Source of the DNA: Polyangia bacterium
Lineage (GTDB): Bacteria > Myxococcota_A > Polyangia > JAAYKL01
Reading direction: 5' to 3'
DNA: 15,254 nt
NCBI GenBank assembly: GCA_050287845.1
Contig: JBNKCR010000023.1
Coordinates: 1 to 15,254, forward strand
Shown here: piece after piece, positions 8,123-15,254 of the stretch
Position numbering within the stretch: position 1 is the stretch's first letter
Layout: the number at the start of each line of letters is the position of its first letter
The notes under the pieces: model-generated
Told to the model about the DNA's origin: nothing
What the model saw: only the letters and a program-made list of their open reading frames with translations
The model's database searches: none
Position numbers and translations under genes: made by a program

Positions 8123-11100
8123 TTACTCTCTGAACCGGATTTTAGCGGTGGTCACCAGTTCGGTTTCGCCGCCGCGATTGTAGGTGGAAACGGTAAACAG
8201 GCCGCTGAAGAGGGAGCGAATGGCCTTGCCGATGGGGGTGTTTCCCATGGTCGTCGGGTGACTGGGGGCCACCGGACTGCCCAGCCATGGATGGGTCACC
8301 ATGCCGCTTTTATCTGTTTCGAACTCACCGCCAGTGGGGCTCTGGGGCCAGTATCCCAGGGAGGTGATGGCGGATTCCTGCAGATTCTCCCCTGCATTTC
8401 CCATTCCCCGCTGCAGCAGCATTCTGCCCACGACAGCCTGACGATGCGCAAACATGCCCATGGCCCCCAGCACTTCGGTCGCGGTTTCACTCATCCATCC
8501 GGATTGCTCCGGCACCACAGCGGATGCGAACTGGGCGGCTTCGTCCTGCCGGTGCGTATCTGTTTTTTCACCGGGCTGTACATCCACCGGCAACTGTCCA
8601 TTGAGGGCCCGGTCAATTTGAATCTCCAGAATATCCCGCTGCAGCGCCGCATAAAATACACCGCCGGCAATGGCGTAATACAAATCAATCTTCTCTGAGC
8701 CGGTATAACTGTTGGGAGACATTGATATTCTGGTGACCGGCGTGTCGCCATACGGCTCGTCCGCTTCCCAGGTCAGGAGTCCCTCAGATACTTTCAGCAT
8801 CGACGTTCGCGCCACGGCGAGCGCAGCGGTGAACGTGAGTGGATTGCCGATTTCAATTCCGATGAACACCGGTAGATGGGGAACAACCTCCTCGTAGAAC
8901 GAGTGATATGTCTGCTGTGTCTCATCAGACGCCTCGGCCTCTTCTGTATTTTCGGTCAGGTATCGATCCCGCAGCCATTGCTGAAACCGTGCGGATTCCC
9001 ACAATCCACCTTCAATCCAGTCTCCGAACAGACCCAGACCCAGCCGCTGTCCCGTGAACATGCCCAGATAACCCTGTCCCATCTGTTTGAAAAGGGAGTC
9101 CTTCCCCAGGGCCAGGGACATGGTCAGTCCGTGGATGTCACTCGCCGAAATCACCCTGGAGGCGCCAGCCACACGCTGTATTATATCGTAGACTTCCGAA
9201 TACTCGCCATTTCTGGAGATGGGCAGAATATGCACCCGCACATCGAGGTTGTCGGTCCCGGGATGCCGCTTTATCCGCATCAGGGCCGGGTCCAGTCGGC
9301 CCCGCCAATAGTTGTTGTAGCGCGTCACAAACTGCGCATAGGCATCCCGTTCCGATTCGGACACTTTATCGAATGCCATGTCCACCACCGGAATGATATG
9401 GCTGGCGGTTCCCCACGCACTTCGGGCGCCTTCTCTCGGCGACCAGGAGATGGGGCTGCCATCGGCGTGTTTCAAATCCTTTTTGCCAAGGAATGGCGAC
9501 GCGAGAAGTTCGGTCTGTGATTCAGGGGGCCTTCCTTTCATCCACCCAAAGAGGAGGGCTGCGTAATTGACGGCCATCAGACGCTCCCGGGCGCGCATTC
9601 TGCGGGATTCCGCTATTTTGGCGCCAGGAGAAGTCAATGCGTGGACCAGAGAATCGCCCACATACAGGAACGCACTTTCTTCTCTGGCGTCATACGGCAC
9701 AATGCCCCGGGCATAGCGATAGTCCGGCGCTTTTTCGAGGGAGGGATGATTGCCATTGTACACCTCCAGCAACCGCGCCATCCCGCCTCCGGAATTGGAA
9801 ATGAAGGTTACTTCCGGAAGCGCCGCCTCAAAACGATTCACCACGCCGTCGGCCGATGTCAGGTGATTCACCGTCGCACCGGCAATACGCAGCGTTTCCT
9901 GCTGAATACCACCGTGGGCGTCGCCAGCCGCCTTCGCATGGGTGGCGAGGGCTTTTTGCAACAGTGCCGTGTTCCTGTTCAAGAACACCAGAGATACATC
10001 GGTTCCCTCTCTCAGGTAAGGATCCCCCAGCACCACGGATGTCGCGCCGACCGCCACATCTCCGAGCAGTTCGGCCATTCCCGAAAATTCCAGTCCCAGC
10101 TGGGTTGCGTAACGCTTTTCCAGCATGAAATGTCCCGGTGCGGACTCCGCCAGTCGAACGAGATCTCCCAGTTTTTCATCAAGTACCCGCGTCAGCCGGG
10201 CAAATTCCCCCAGACTGGAGAACGTGGCCACCAGGGCATCAGCGGGCAGGTACCTGCTGATAGGATCGAGCGTCGGTGCGGTTTTTCCCGCTGCGGCCAG
10301 CAACGCCCCGTAGTCCCTGGTTTGTTTCTCCACCCCGGGGATACTGTCGAGTCGCACCTTTTTCTTTTCTTTCTGTGGCACCGTCCCAATGGCGTTATCC
10401 ATGGCCATAGCGGCGCGAACGCTGGACTGGCCGGTGTAGAAGTCCATCATCTCATTCAGTTCAGTTGCCCGTTGAATACGTCTTTCCGCAAGCTTCTCTT
10501 TCGACATTTTCTCGTCGGCCAGGGTGTTGAGGCGATGGGAGGCAAAGGTGCTGAAATGGGAAAATTCCTCCCATGCCGCCATGCTGTCAAACCAGGACGC
10601 CATTCCCAGACGGAACGCCTTCTGCAGTGACTTTTTTCCTTTTTTCGCGTCACGCAAAATCACCCGGATTTCCCGGGATGCGCCGGGTCTCGTCCACCCG
10701 TTGCTGAAATTGCAACCACGTACTGTCAGCGTCAACACGGCATCCCCGGCGAATGCCTCCTTTCCATCCACCCGCAGGAACAGGTTCGATGGTGCTTCGC
10801 TATCGATGGGAAACGTCTGAGGGGTAAGGAGTGCTGCCCGTCCGTCAACCTGCGACCAGTCGCAGAGAGTCAATTCCTCAGAATTGTCCACCCGCCCAGG
10901 TATCGACTCTGGATGGGGCGCCGTATCCCGTTTGTACGTATCAAACAGTCCCCGTGCCCGGAGATCATCGGGCAATGACAACTGATAATACCAGCCCTCT
11001 CCATCCGACCACTCCGCGGTGGCGTTCAGTGTAACCATCGGCAGCACTTTTGTTTCTGTCCGGCGGATGGTCACCTCTCTGGGCGGCAGGGAGAGTGGTG

Positions 11101-11278
11101 GTTTCGGGGGCGCTGTTGGGGGCTGCGCCTGAGCGGTTTCTGTGGGGGTACCGGTCTCCATCGCCGGCATCGCTTTTGTTTCCAGTTGGGATGGACCACA
11201 CCCTGTAAATACGTTCGTGAGCGCCAGCCAGACGACCAGTGGCATCCAGTGTATCGGGTAAACTGAATATTCAGACAT
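8123..11278 (-). CDS. Large uncharacterised lipoprotein, about 1051 aa
   Basis: A 3.1-kb uninterrupted ORF. ATG 11278 follows AAGGAG. A hydrophobic stretch ends in lipobox-like VFTG|C, followed by a Pro/Thr-rich linker (QPPTAPPKPPLSLPP). No catalytic motif recognised. Confidence 0.8.
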   Translation of the reverse strand: MSEYSVYPIHWMPLVVWLALTNVFTGCGPSQLETKAMPAMETGTPTETAQAQPPTAPPKPPLSLPPREVTIRRTETKVLPMVTLNATAEWSDGEGWYYQLSLPDDLRARGLFDTYKRDTAPHPESIPGRVDNSEELTLCDWSQVDGRAALLTPQTFPIDSEAPSNLFLRVDGKEAFAGDAVLTLTVRGCNFSNGWTRPGASREIRVILRDAKKGKKSLQKAFRLGMASWFDSMAAWEEFSHFSTFASHRLNTLADEKMSKEKLAERRIQRATELNEMMDFYTGQSSVRAAMAMDNAIGTVPQKEKKKVRLDSIPGVEKQTRDYGALLAAAGKTAPTLDPISRYLPADALVATFSSLGEFARLTRVLDEKLGDLVRLAESAPGHFMLEKRYATQLGLEFSGMAELLGDVAVGATSVVLGDPYLREGTDVSLVFLNRNTALLQKALATHAKAAGDAHGGIQQETLRIAGATVNHLTSADGVVNRFEAALPEVTFISNSGGGMARLLEVYNGNHPSLEKAPDYRYARGIVPYDAREESAFLYVGDSLVHALTSPGAKIAESRRMRARERLMAVNYAALLFGWMKGRPPESQTELLASPFLGKKDLKHADGSPISWSPREGARSAWGTASHIIPVVDMAFDKVSESERDAYAQFVTRYNNYWRGRLDPALMRIKRHPGTDNLDVRVHILPISRNGEYSEVYDIIQRVAGASRVISASDIHGLTMSLALGKDSLFKQMGQGYLGMFTGQRLGLGLFGDWIEGGLWESARFQQWLRDRYLTENTEEAEASDETQQTYHSFYEEVVPHLPVFIGIEIGNPLTFTAALAVARTSMLKVSEGLLTWEADEPYGDTPVTRISMSPNSYTGSEKIDLYYAIAGGVFYAALQRDILEIQIDRALNGQLPVDVQPGEKTDTHRQDEAAQFASAVVPEQSGWMSETATEVLGAMGMFAHRQAVVGRMLLQRGMGNAGENLQESAITSLGYWPQSPTGGEFETDKSGMVTHPWLGSPVAPSHPTTMGNTPIGKAIRSLFSGLFTVSTYNRGGETELVTTAKIRFRE

Positions 11279-11523
11279 CTTATCTCCTTGCATTTCAGTT
11301 GATTTTCTCTGCGCTTTCTGTCCGACTGAATCTCTCACACTTTCATTCTGATTCACAGACAACTCTGACAGTATTCGGAACATATACCCGGGTCAGGGGA
11401 GTGCAGGAGCCTCACTGTACTGGCGATAATGGTGTTCATAAGATTTCAGAACGATGGAATATTCCGTATTGTCAGGCGTAAACGAAAGTAATTACAGCAA
11501 CATTGAATTGACGGGAGGTGTCG

Positions 11524-11658
11524 ATGCGAGAACGAATGATGAAAGTATTGGTTGACGTTGTATCGGGGGTTGCTGTCGGGATGCGGCGGTACCGCACCCC
11601 GGACGGAAGCGTCGTCAGCTTCAGGCAGCCGAAGGCCGGGTACACAAAACCATGGTGA
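11524..11658 (+). CDS. Candidate small protein, 44 aa (MRERMMKVLVDVVSGVAVGMRRYRTPDGSVVSFRQPKAGYTKPW)
   Basis: Strong SD GGGAGGTG (11513-11520) just before the ATG. It fills an otherwise empty intergenic gap. No homology recognised. Confidence 0.35.
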   Translation: MRERMMKVLVDVVSGVAVGMRRYRTPDGSVVSFRQPKAGYTKPW

Positions 11659-11819
11659 TGAAAATTACATCCGGATTTGGCGGGAATGTGCGATACACAG
11701 CCGGCATCATGCCACCGGGGTCCAATGATATTTTTCGTACCAGCACCCGTCCCCTTCATTGACTGACCACTGTAATGAATCCACCCGGGTGCGAGCTCCG
11801 GGTTCCGCAGACATTTTCC

Positions 11820-12953
11820 TCACTTCGAGGGCAGGTAGCTGGCGATCGCATCGTAGAAGGAATCTCCGAGCACCACGTATCCGGCGGTGTTGGGGTGGAG
11901 TCCGTCCGCCATCAGCGCGGTCTTGTAGTCTGGATGGTCCGTGAAGGCGGTGTAGTTGTCGAGCCAGAGTACGTGTTTGCCGGCCGCGATGGCGGCATCA
12001 ACCTTGGCCTTGATGCCGGTGTTGTACGCCTGCATCCGCGTATTGGTGCCGTCGTTGGTCGTGGGAATGACGGCAGATACAACCAGGAGCGCATTCGGTG
12101 CGTCGGTGAAGATTTGGTTCATCAGACTCTCGAGCCGGTTCGGAGCGTTGTTGACGTCGTCGTTGCCGTTGATGTCGTTGGTGCCGATCTTTAGGAGCAC
12201 GATGTGCGGTTGATTGTTCCGGATAGACGCATCGATGATGCCAGCAATCTGGGAGATCTTCCAGCCACCGTGTCCTTCATGATGTTGGGGAAGCGGCTGT
12301 CCGTCGACCGTGGAGGGTCCGTTGACAAGGTCTCCGACGAACGTCATGTTCTTATTATTCGTCAGCACCTGATGGTAGAGTTCGATGCGATAGCCTCCCA
12401 TGGGCGGTGTGCAGCACCCCTCCGTGATTGAATCGCCGAGGGGCATGACGTTGCAGACGCCGTCGGTCGGGCAGGGTTGAAATCCCGCATTTGAATCCGT
12501 TTCGATATCCGTGTCTGAATCGGTGGCAGAGTCCGAATCGAAGTCGGTATCCGTATCTGAATCAGTGTCAGAGTCGGAATCGGTATCGGTATCTGAATCG
12601 GTATCGGTGTCAGAATCTGTATCTGAATCTGAATCGGTATCAGAGTCGGTATCGGTATCTGAATCGGTATCGGTGTCAGAGTCGGTATCTGAATCTGTAT
12701 CTGAATCGGTATCGGAGTCGGAGTCGGAATCGGTGTCGGTATCAGAATCAGAGTCAGAGTCAGAATCAGAATCGGTGTCGGTATCAGAATCAGAGTCAGA
12801 ATCAGAGTCAGAATCAGAATCAGAATCGCTATCGCTATCACTATCGGAAGACGTGTCATCTGCTTTCTGATTATCTGTGCTCTCACCGCAGCCAACTCCC
12901 CATAAAACGGAAATGAATAAAACTGAAAAAACGAGAACCGGGAGACTTTTCAT
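11820..12953 (-). CDS. Lipoprotein SGNH/GDSL hydrolase (CE3 acetyl-xylan-esterase-like) with D-S/D-T repeat linker, 377 aa
   Basis: Signal peptide ending GVG|C22. SGNH blocks MPLGDSIT (I), HEGHGG (II), IGTND (III) and DGLHP (V). The GGYR and FVG motifs are typical of CE3-like SGNH domains. Confidence 0.88.
   Translation of the reverse strand: MKSLPVLVFSVLFISVLWGVGCGESTDNQKADDTSSDSDSDSDSDSDSDSDSDSDSDTDTDSDSDSDSDSDTDTDSDSDSDTDSDTDSDTDSDTDTDSDTDTDSDTDSDSDTDSDTDTDSDTDTDSDSDTDSDTDTDFDSDSATDSDTDIETDSNAGFQPCPTDGVCNVMPLGDSITEGCCTPPMGGYRIELYHQVLTNNKNMTFVGDLVNGPSTVDGQPLPQHHEGHGGWKISQIAGIIDASIRNNQPHIVLLKIGTNDINGNDDVNNAPNRLESLMNQIFTDAPNALLVVSAVIPTTNDGTNTRMQAYNTGIKAKVDAAIAAGKHVLWLDNYTAFTDHPDYKTALMADGLHPNTAGYVVLGDSFYDAIASYLPSK
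12492..12848 (-). repeat. Coding hexanucleotide-period repeat encoding about 120 aa of (D-S)/(D-T) dipeptides
   Basis: Degenerate 6-nt units. Exact higher-order duplications occur at 12580-12614 = 12646-12680 and 12727-12758 = 12769-12800. Confidence 0.95.
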
Positions 12954-13172
12954 GATTACCTATTTCCTTTGCTTCAAAATGCCGAAGGACATTTGGGCGC
13001 ATGCCATATACTGTTGGTTCCCAGCCGCAAATAAAGATGCCAGGAAAATTGGGCGCTAATATCCGTGTACTCCGGAATGGATACGGATGAAACAAATAAA
13101 TTTTGCACCCACATTTACCCAGAACGGATTAAAGCAGTGGTGATGAAAGATTCCCCTTAAATTGCCGGGAGT

Positions 13173-13196
13173 ACTGTAAATTACACTGTAAATTAC
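13173..13196. repeat. 12-bp tandem duplication (ACTGTAAATTAC x2) inside a 7-bp inverted repeat
   Basis: 13173-13184 equals 13185-13196. Flanked by GGGAGTA (13167-13173) and TACTCCC (13194-13200). Confidence 0.85.
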
Positions 13197-13220
13197 TCCC
13201 AAGAATCAATGGCCCAGAGT

Positions 13221-13244
13221 GATTATTCCCGGGATTATTCCCGG
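13221..13244. repeat. 12-bp tandem duplication (GATTATTCCCGG x2) forming the hairpin upstream of the intron insertion site
   Basis: 13221-13232 equals 13233-13244. This creates the stem CCGGGA-TTAT-TCCCGG (13229-13244), ending 6 nt before the intron 5' end. Confidence 0.85.
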
Positions 13245-13751
13245 AAGCTGGTGCGCCGGGCATGGCGTGCAGCGCCGGAGATTGGCGCTGGATAACCGGG
13301 GAGCGAAAGCGAACCGGAAAGTGACTTGGAGGTGAAAGTCCTCTGGAGGTTTAGATGACGGGATCTCTTAGCCGAACAGCAACTGCGTACGACGGTGGTT
13401 CAAGACGCCGAATCCGAGGGGGCGAAGCCCGCCTCGCCGCGAGGGTGCGTGGGGAGGAAGCTGCAGGCAAAGTTCCGGTCCGAGGGACACAAACCGCATA
13501 TGAGGCGGACGTGGCGATGGGTAAGGGCGCTAGCTGGTCCAAAGCCCGTAAGTCATCCGGACGCCACGTCTGTAGATGCGGCGGATATGTGGAACGAAGG
13601 TCACACGTCTTACCCCGGGAGATCTGTCTGTCTGTTCGACATGGGGAGGTAAACCATGAACGAACAAGGGAAGCCGTGAGGTTACCGATGGGCAGGCAGA
13701 AGTCAGCAGAATCCGCAAGCCGTCCGCGAACGACGGTGTAGGAGGAACAGG

Positions 13752-15182
13752 ATGAAGAGAACCGGAACGAAGAGTTCGATGTGCGAAAGAGGCTCAGCAA
13801 GTTGGCCAGAGAATGGTCATGCGTCCGCCACGGGAAATGTCGGAAACACGGACTGCAGCGGAAACGAGAGTCAAGCGCGCACGGCACACGACGAGAATGC
13901 CGGGGAAGAAACGATGAAGCTAATGGAGGAGGTACTTCGCAAAGAGAACATTTGGAAAGCGTACAAAAGAGTAAAAGGGAACAAAGGCGCCCCGGGCGTC
14001 GACAAAATGACTGTTGATGAACTGGGTCCATTCTGTAAAGCGCACTGGGAAGAAACGCGAAACGCGCTTTTAAACGAAAGCTATCGCCCGAAACCGACAA
14101 GGAAGGTGGAAATACCCAAACCGTTCGGCTCGGGAACTCGAATATTGGGCATCCCGACTGCACTGGACAGACTGATTCAGCAAGCCATTTTACAAGTGCT
14201 CACGCCAATTTACGACCCGACATTCTCCAACAGCAGCTTTGGTTTCAGGCCGGGCAGAAATGCCCTGCAGGCAATCAAACAGGCTGAGGCCTATGTCAAA
14301 GGTGGATACGATTGGGCGGTGGATTTGGATTTGTCGAAATTCTTCGACCGGGTAAATCACGATGTTCTTATGTCGAGAATTGCCAGAAGAATTAAAGATA
14401 AAAGACTACTGCGCCTAATCCGTCGCTACCTGCAGGCCGGAATGATGGAAGGCGGACTCGCATCTCCCAGAACAGAAGGGACACCTCAGGGGTCACCTCT
14501 TTCGCCATTGTTAAGTAATATCCTTTTGGATGAGCTGGACAAGGAACTGGAGGCGCGAGGGCATCGTTTCTGTCGCTATGCGGACGACTTTACAATCTAT
14601 GTAAAATCAGAAGCGGCAGGCAGGAGAGTGAAAGAAACCCTGACGAAATTTCTGGGGAAACGACTACGGCTAAAAGTGAATGAGGAAAAGAGTGCAGTGG
14701 CGCGGCCATGGGATCGAAACTTCCTCGGTTACAGCTTCATAGGCAAGAATGACACGCGGGTCTGCGTATCGCGGGAATCCGTGAAGAAGCTCAGGACGAA
14801 GCTGAAACCGGGATGGAAGACAGGCCGAGGCCGTTCCATCAAAAGCACAATCTCGAAGCTCAACCAGACAATAGTTGGATGGGCCTCATACTTTCGGCTG
14901 GATGAAGTCGGCTGGGCAATGCGACGAATGGACAAATGGTTCCGGCGCAAAATCAGATGCCTTATGTGGCGTCAATGGAAAAGACCAAAGACCCGCATAA
15001 AGAAACTGATGTCGCTCGGCGTACCACGTCACATAGCGCGCAGCGCAGCCTGCTCAAACGACGGACCATGGAAATCATCACGCCATCCTGCCATGCAGAT
15101 GGCCTACTCAAATAAAACGCTGGCTCAAATGGGACTTAAAAGCCTCTTCAACGAATACCAACGTTTCAATTCTTCAACCTGA
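13752..15182 (+). CDS. ltrA: Group II intron reverse transcriptase/maturase (no En domain), up to 476 aa; alternative start ATG 13914
   Basis: Motifs NKGAPGVD, RILGIPTALDRLIQQA, SFGFRPGR, DLDLSKFFDRVNHD, GTPQGSPLSPLLSN, RYADD, FLGY and the maturase GWASYF. The stop codon abuts DV. Confidence 0.95.
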   Translation: MKRTGTKSSMCERGSASWPENGHASATGNVGNTDCSGNESQARTAHDENAGEETMKLMEEVLRKENIWKAYKRVKGNKGAPGVDKMTVDELGPFCKAHWEETRNALLNESYRPKPTRKVEIPKPFGSGTRILGIPTALDRLIQQAILQVLTPIYDPTFSNSSFGFRPGRNALQAIKQAEAYVKGGYDWAVDLDLSKFFDRVNHDVLMSRIARRIKDKRLLRLIRRYLQAGMMEGGLASPRTEGTPQGSPLSPLLSNILLDELDKELEARGHRFCRYADDFTIYVKSEAAGRRVKETLTKFLGKRLRLKVNEEKSAVARPWDRNFLGYSFIGKNDTRVCVSRESVKKLRTKLKPGWKTGRGRSIKSTISKLNQTIVGWASYFRLDEVGWAMRRMDKWFRRKIRCLMWRQWKRPKTRIKKLMSLGVPRHIARSAACSNDGPWKSSRHPAMQMAYSNKTLAQMGLKSLFNEYQRFNSST

Positions 15183-15253
15183 ACCGCCGTATACGGAACC
15201 GTATGTGCGGTGGTGTGGTGAGCTCGGGCGGGCGACCGCCCCGGCTACCCAAT
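15183..15253 (+). ncRNA. Group II intron catalytic domain V and branch domain VI
   Basis: DV is ACCGCCGTAT-ACG-GAAC-CGT-[AT bulge]-GTGCGGTGGT (15183-15214), with triad CGC at 15185-15187. DVI has the GGGCGG-GCGA-CCGCCC apical stem and bulged A15247, the seventh base from the 3' end. Confidence 0.92.
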
Positions 15254-15254
15254 C

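Larger units (their letters stand above)
13251..15253 (+). mobile_element. Group II intron, bacterial class C (IIC), apparently full length (2003 nt)
   Basis: 5' end GTGCGCCGGGCATGG. Domain I landmarks GGTGAAAGTCC, TTAGCC, CATATGAGGC and TCTTACCCCGGGAGATCTG, followed by CAGAAGTCAGCAGA. Short DV with a CGC triad, DVI with bulged A15247, and 3' end ...CCAAT. The RT lacks an endonuclease domain. Confidence 0.93.

Noticed and set aside
9641..10630. 329-aa + strand ORF (also 7931-8698 and 8876-9520)
   Set aside because: These are antisense shadows of the large lipoprotein gene.
11279..11383. N-terminal 35 codons of the 1086-aa ORF call
   Set aside because: The SD and signal peptide fit a start at 11278.
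12362..12916. Repeat region as a CRISPR array, or the alternative-frame repetitive ORFs (SESV..., IPIQ..., NRYR...)
   Set aside because: The 6-nt periodic repeat has no unique spacers and no cas genes are present. The other frames are by-products of the D-S/D-T coding repeat.
13027..13042. Sigma54 promoter for the esterase gene (minus strand TGGCATCTTTATTTGC)
   Set aside because: The GG-to-GC spacing is 11 nt, not the strictly required 10.
13351..14163. ORFs overlapping the intron 5' RNA domains (270 aa minus, 128 aa plus)
   Set aside because: The region is explained by ribozyme structure and the RT gene, and the translations are low-complexity with no motifs.
13752..15182. RT as a retron, DGR or CRISPR-associated/defence RT
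   Set aside because: It has a maturase X domain and is enclosed by complete group II intron RNA domains. No template/variable repeat pair, msr-msd or cas genes are present.

Overview
GC-rich bacterial window with four parts. (1) 701-8112 (+): a complete six-gene operon for an Ehr (energy-converting-hydrogenase-related, Hyf-like) membrane complex. It has two antiporter-like subunits, a NuoH/HyfC-like subunit, a HyfE-like subunit, a NuoCD/HyfG-like large subunit lacking all four [NiFe]-binding cysteines, and a ferredoxin/small-subunit fusion. A palindrome-rich 700-bp upstream region precedes it. (2) 8123-11278 (-): a large uncharacterised lipoprotein of about 1050 aa. (3) 11820-12953 (-): a lipoprotein SGNH/GDSL esterase on an Asp-Ser/Asp-Thr repeat stalk of about 120 aa. 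Two candidate small ORFs lie between (2) and (3). (4) 13251-15253 (+): an apparently complete class IIC group II intron with an RT/maturase ORF. EBS1/IBS1, EBS3/IBS3, the DIV stem, DV and DVI can be read from the sequence, and domain I carries extra hairpins. It sits just after a hairpin formed by a 12-bp tandem duplication. The D-S/D-T stalked lipoprotein is suggestive of a deltaproteobacterial/Myxococcota-like host (inference only). I found no clearly new system. The best leads are the Ni-less Ehr complex with no electron-input partner in the window, the giant orphan lipoprotein, and the unusual intron target and structure. All family assignments come from motif recognition by eye, with no database searches.
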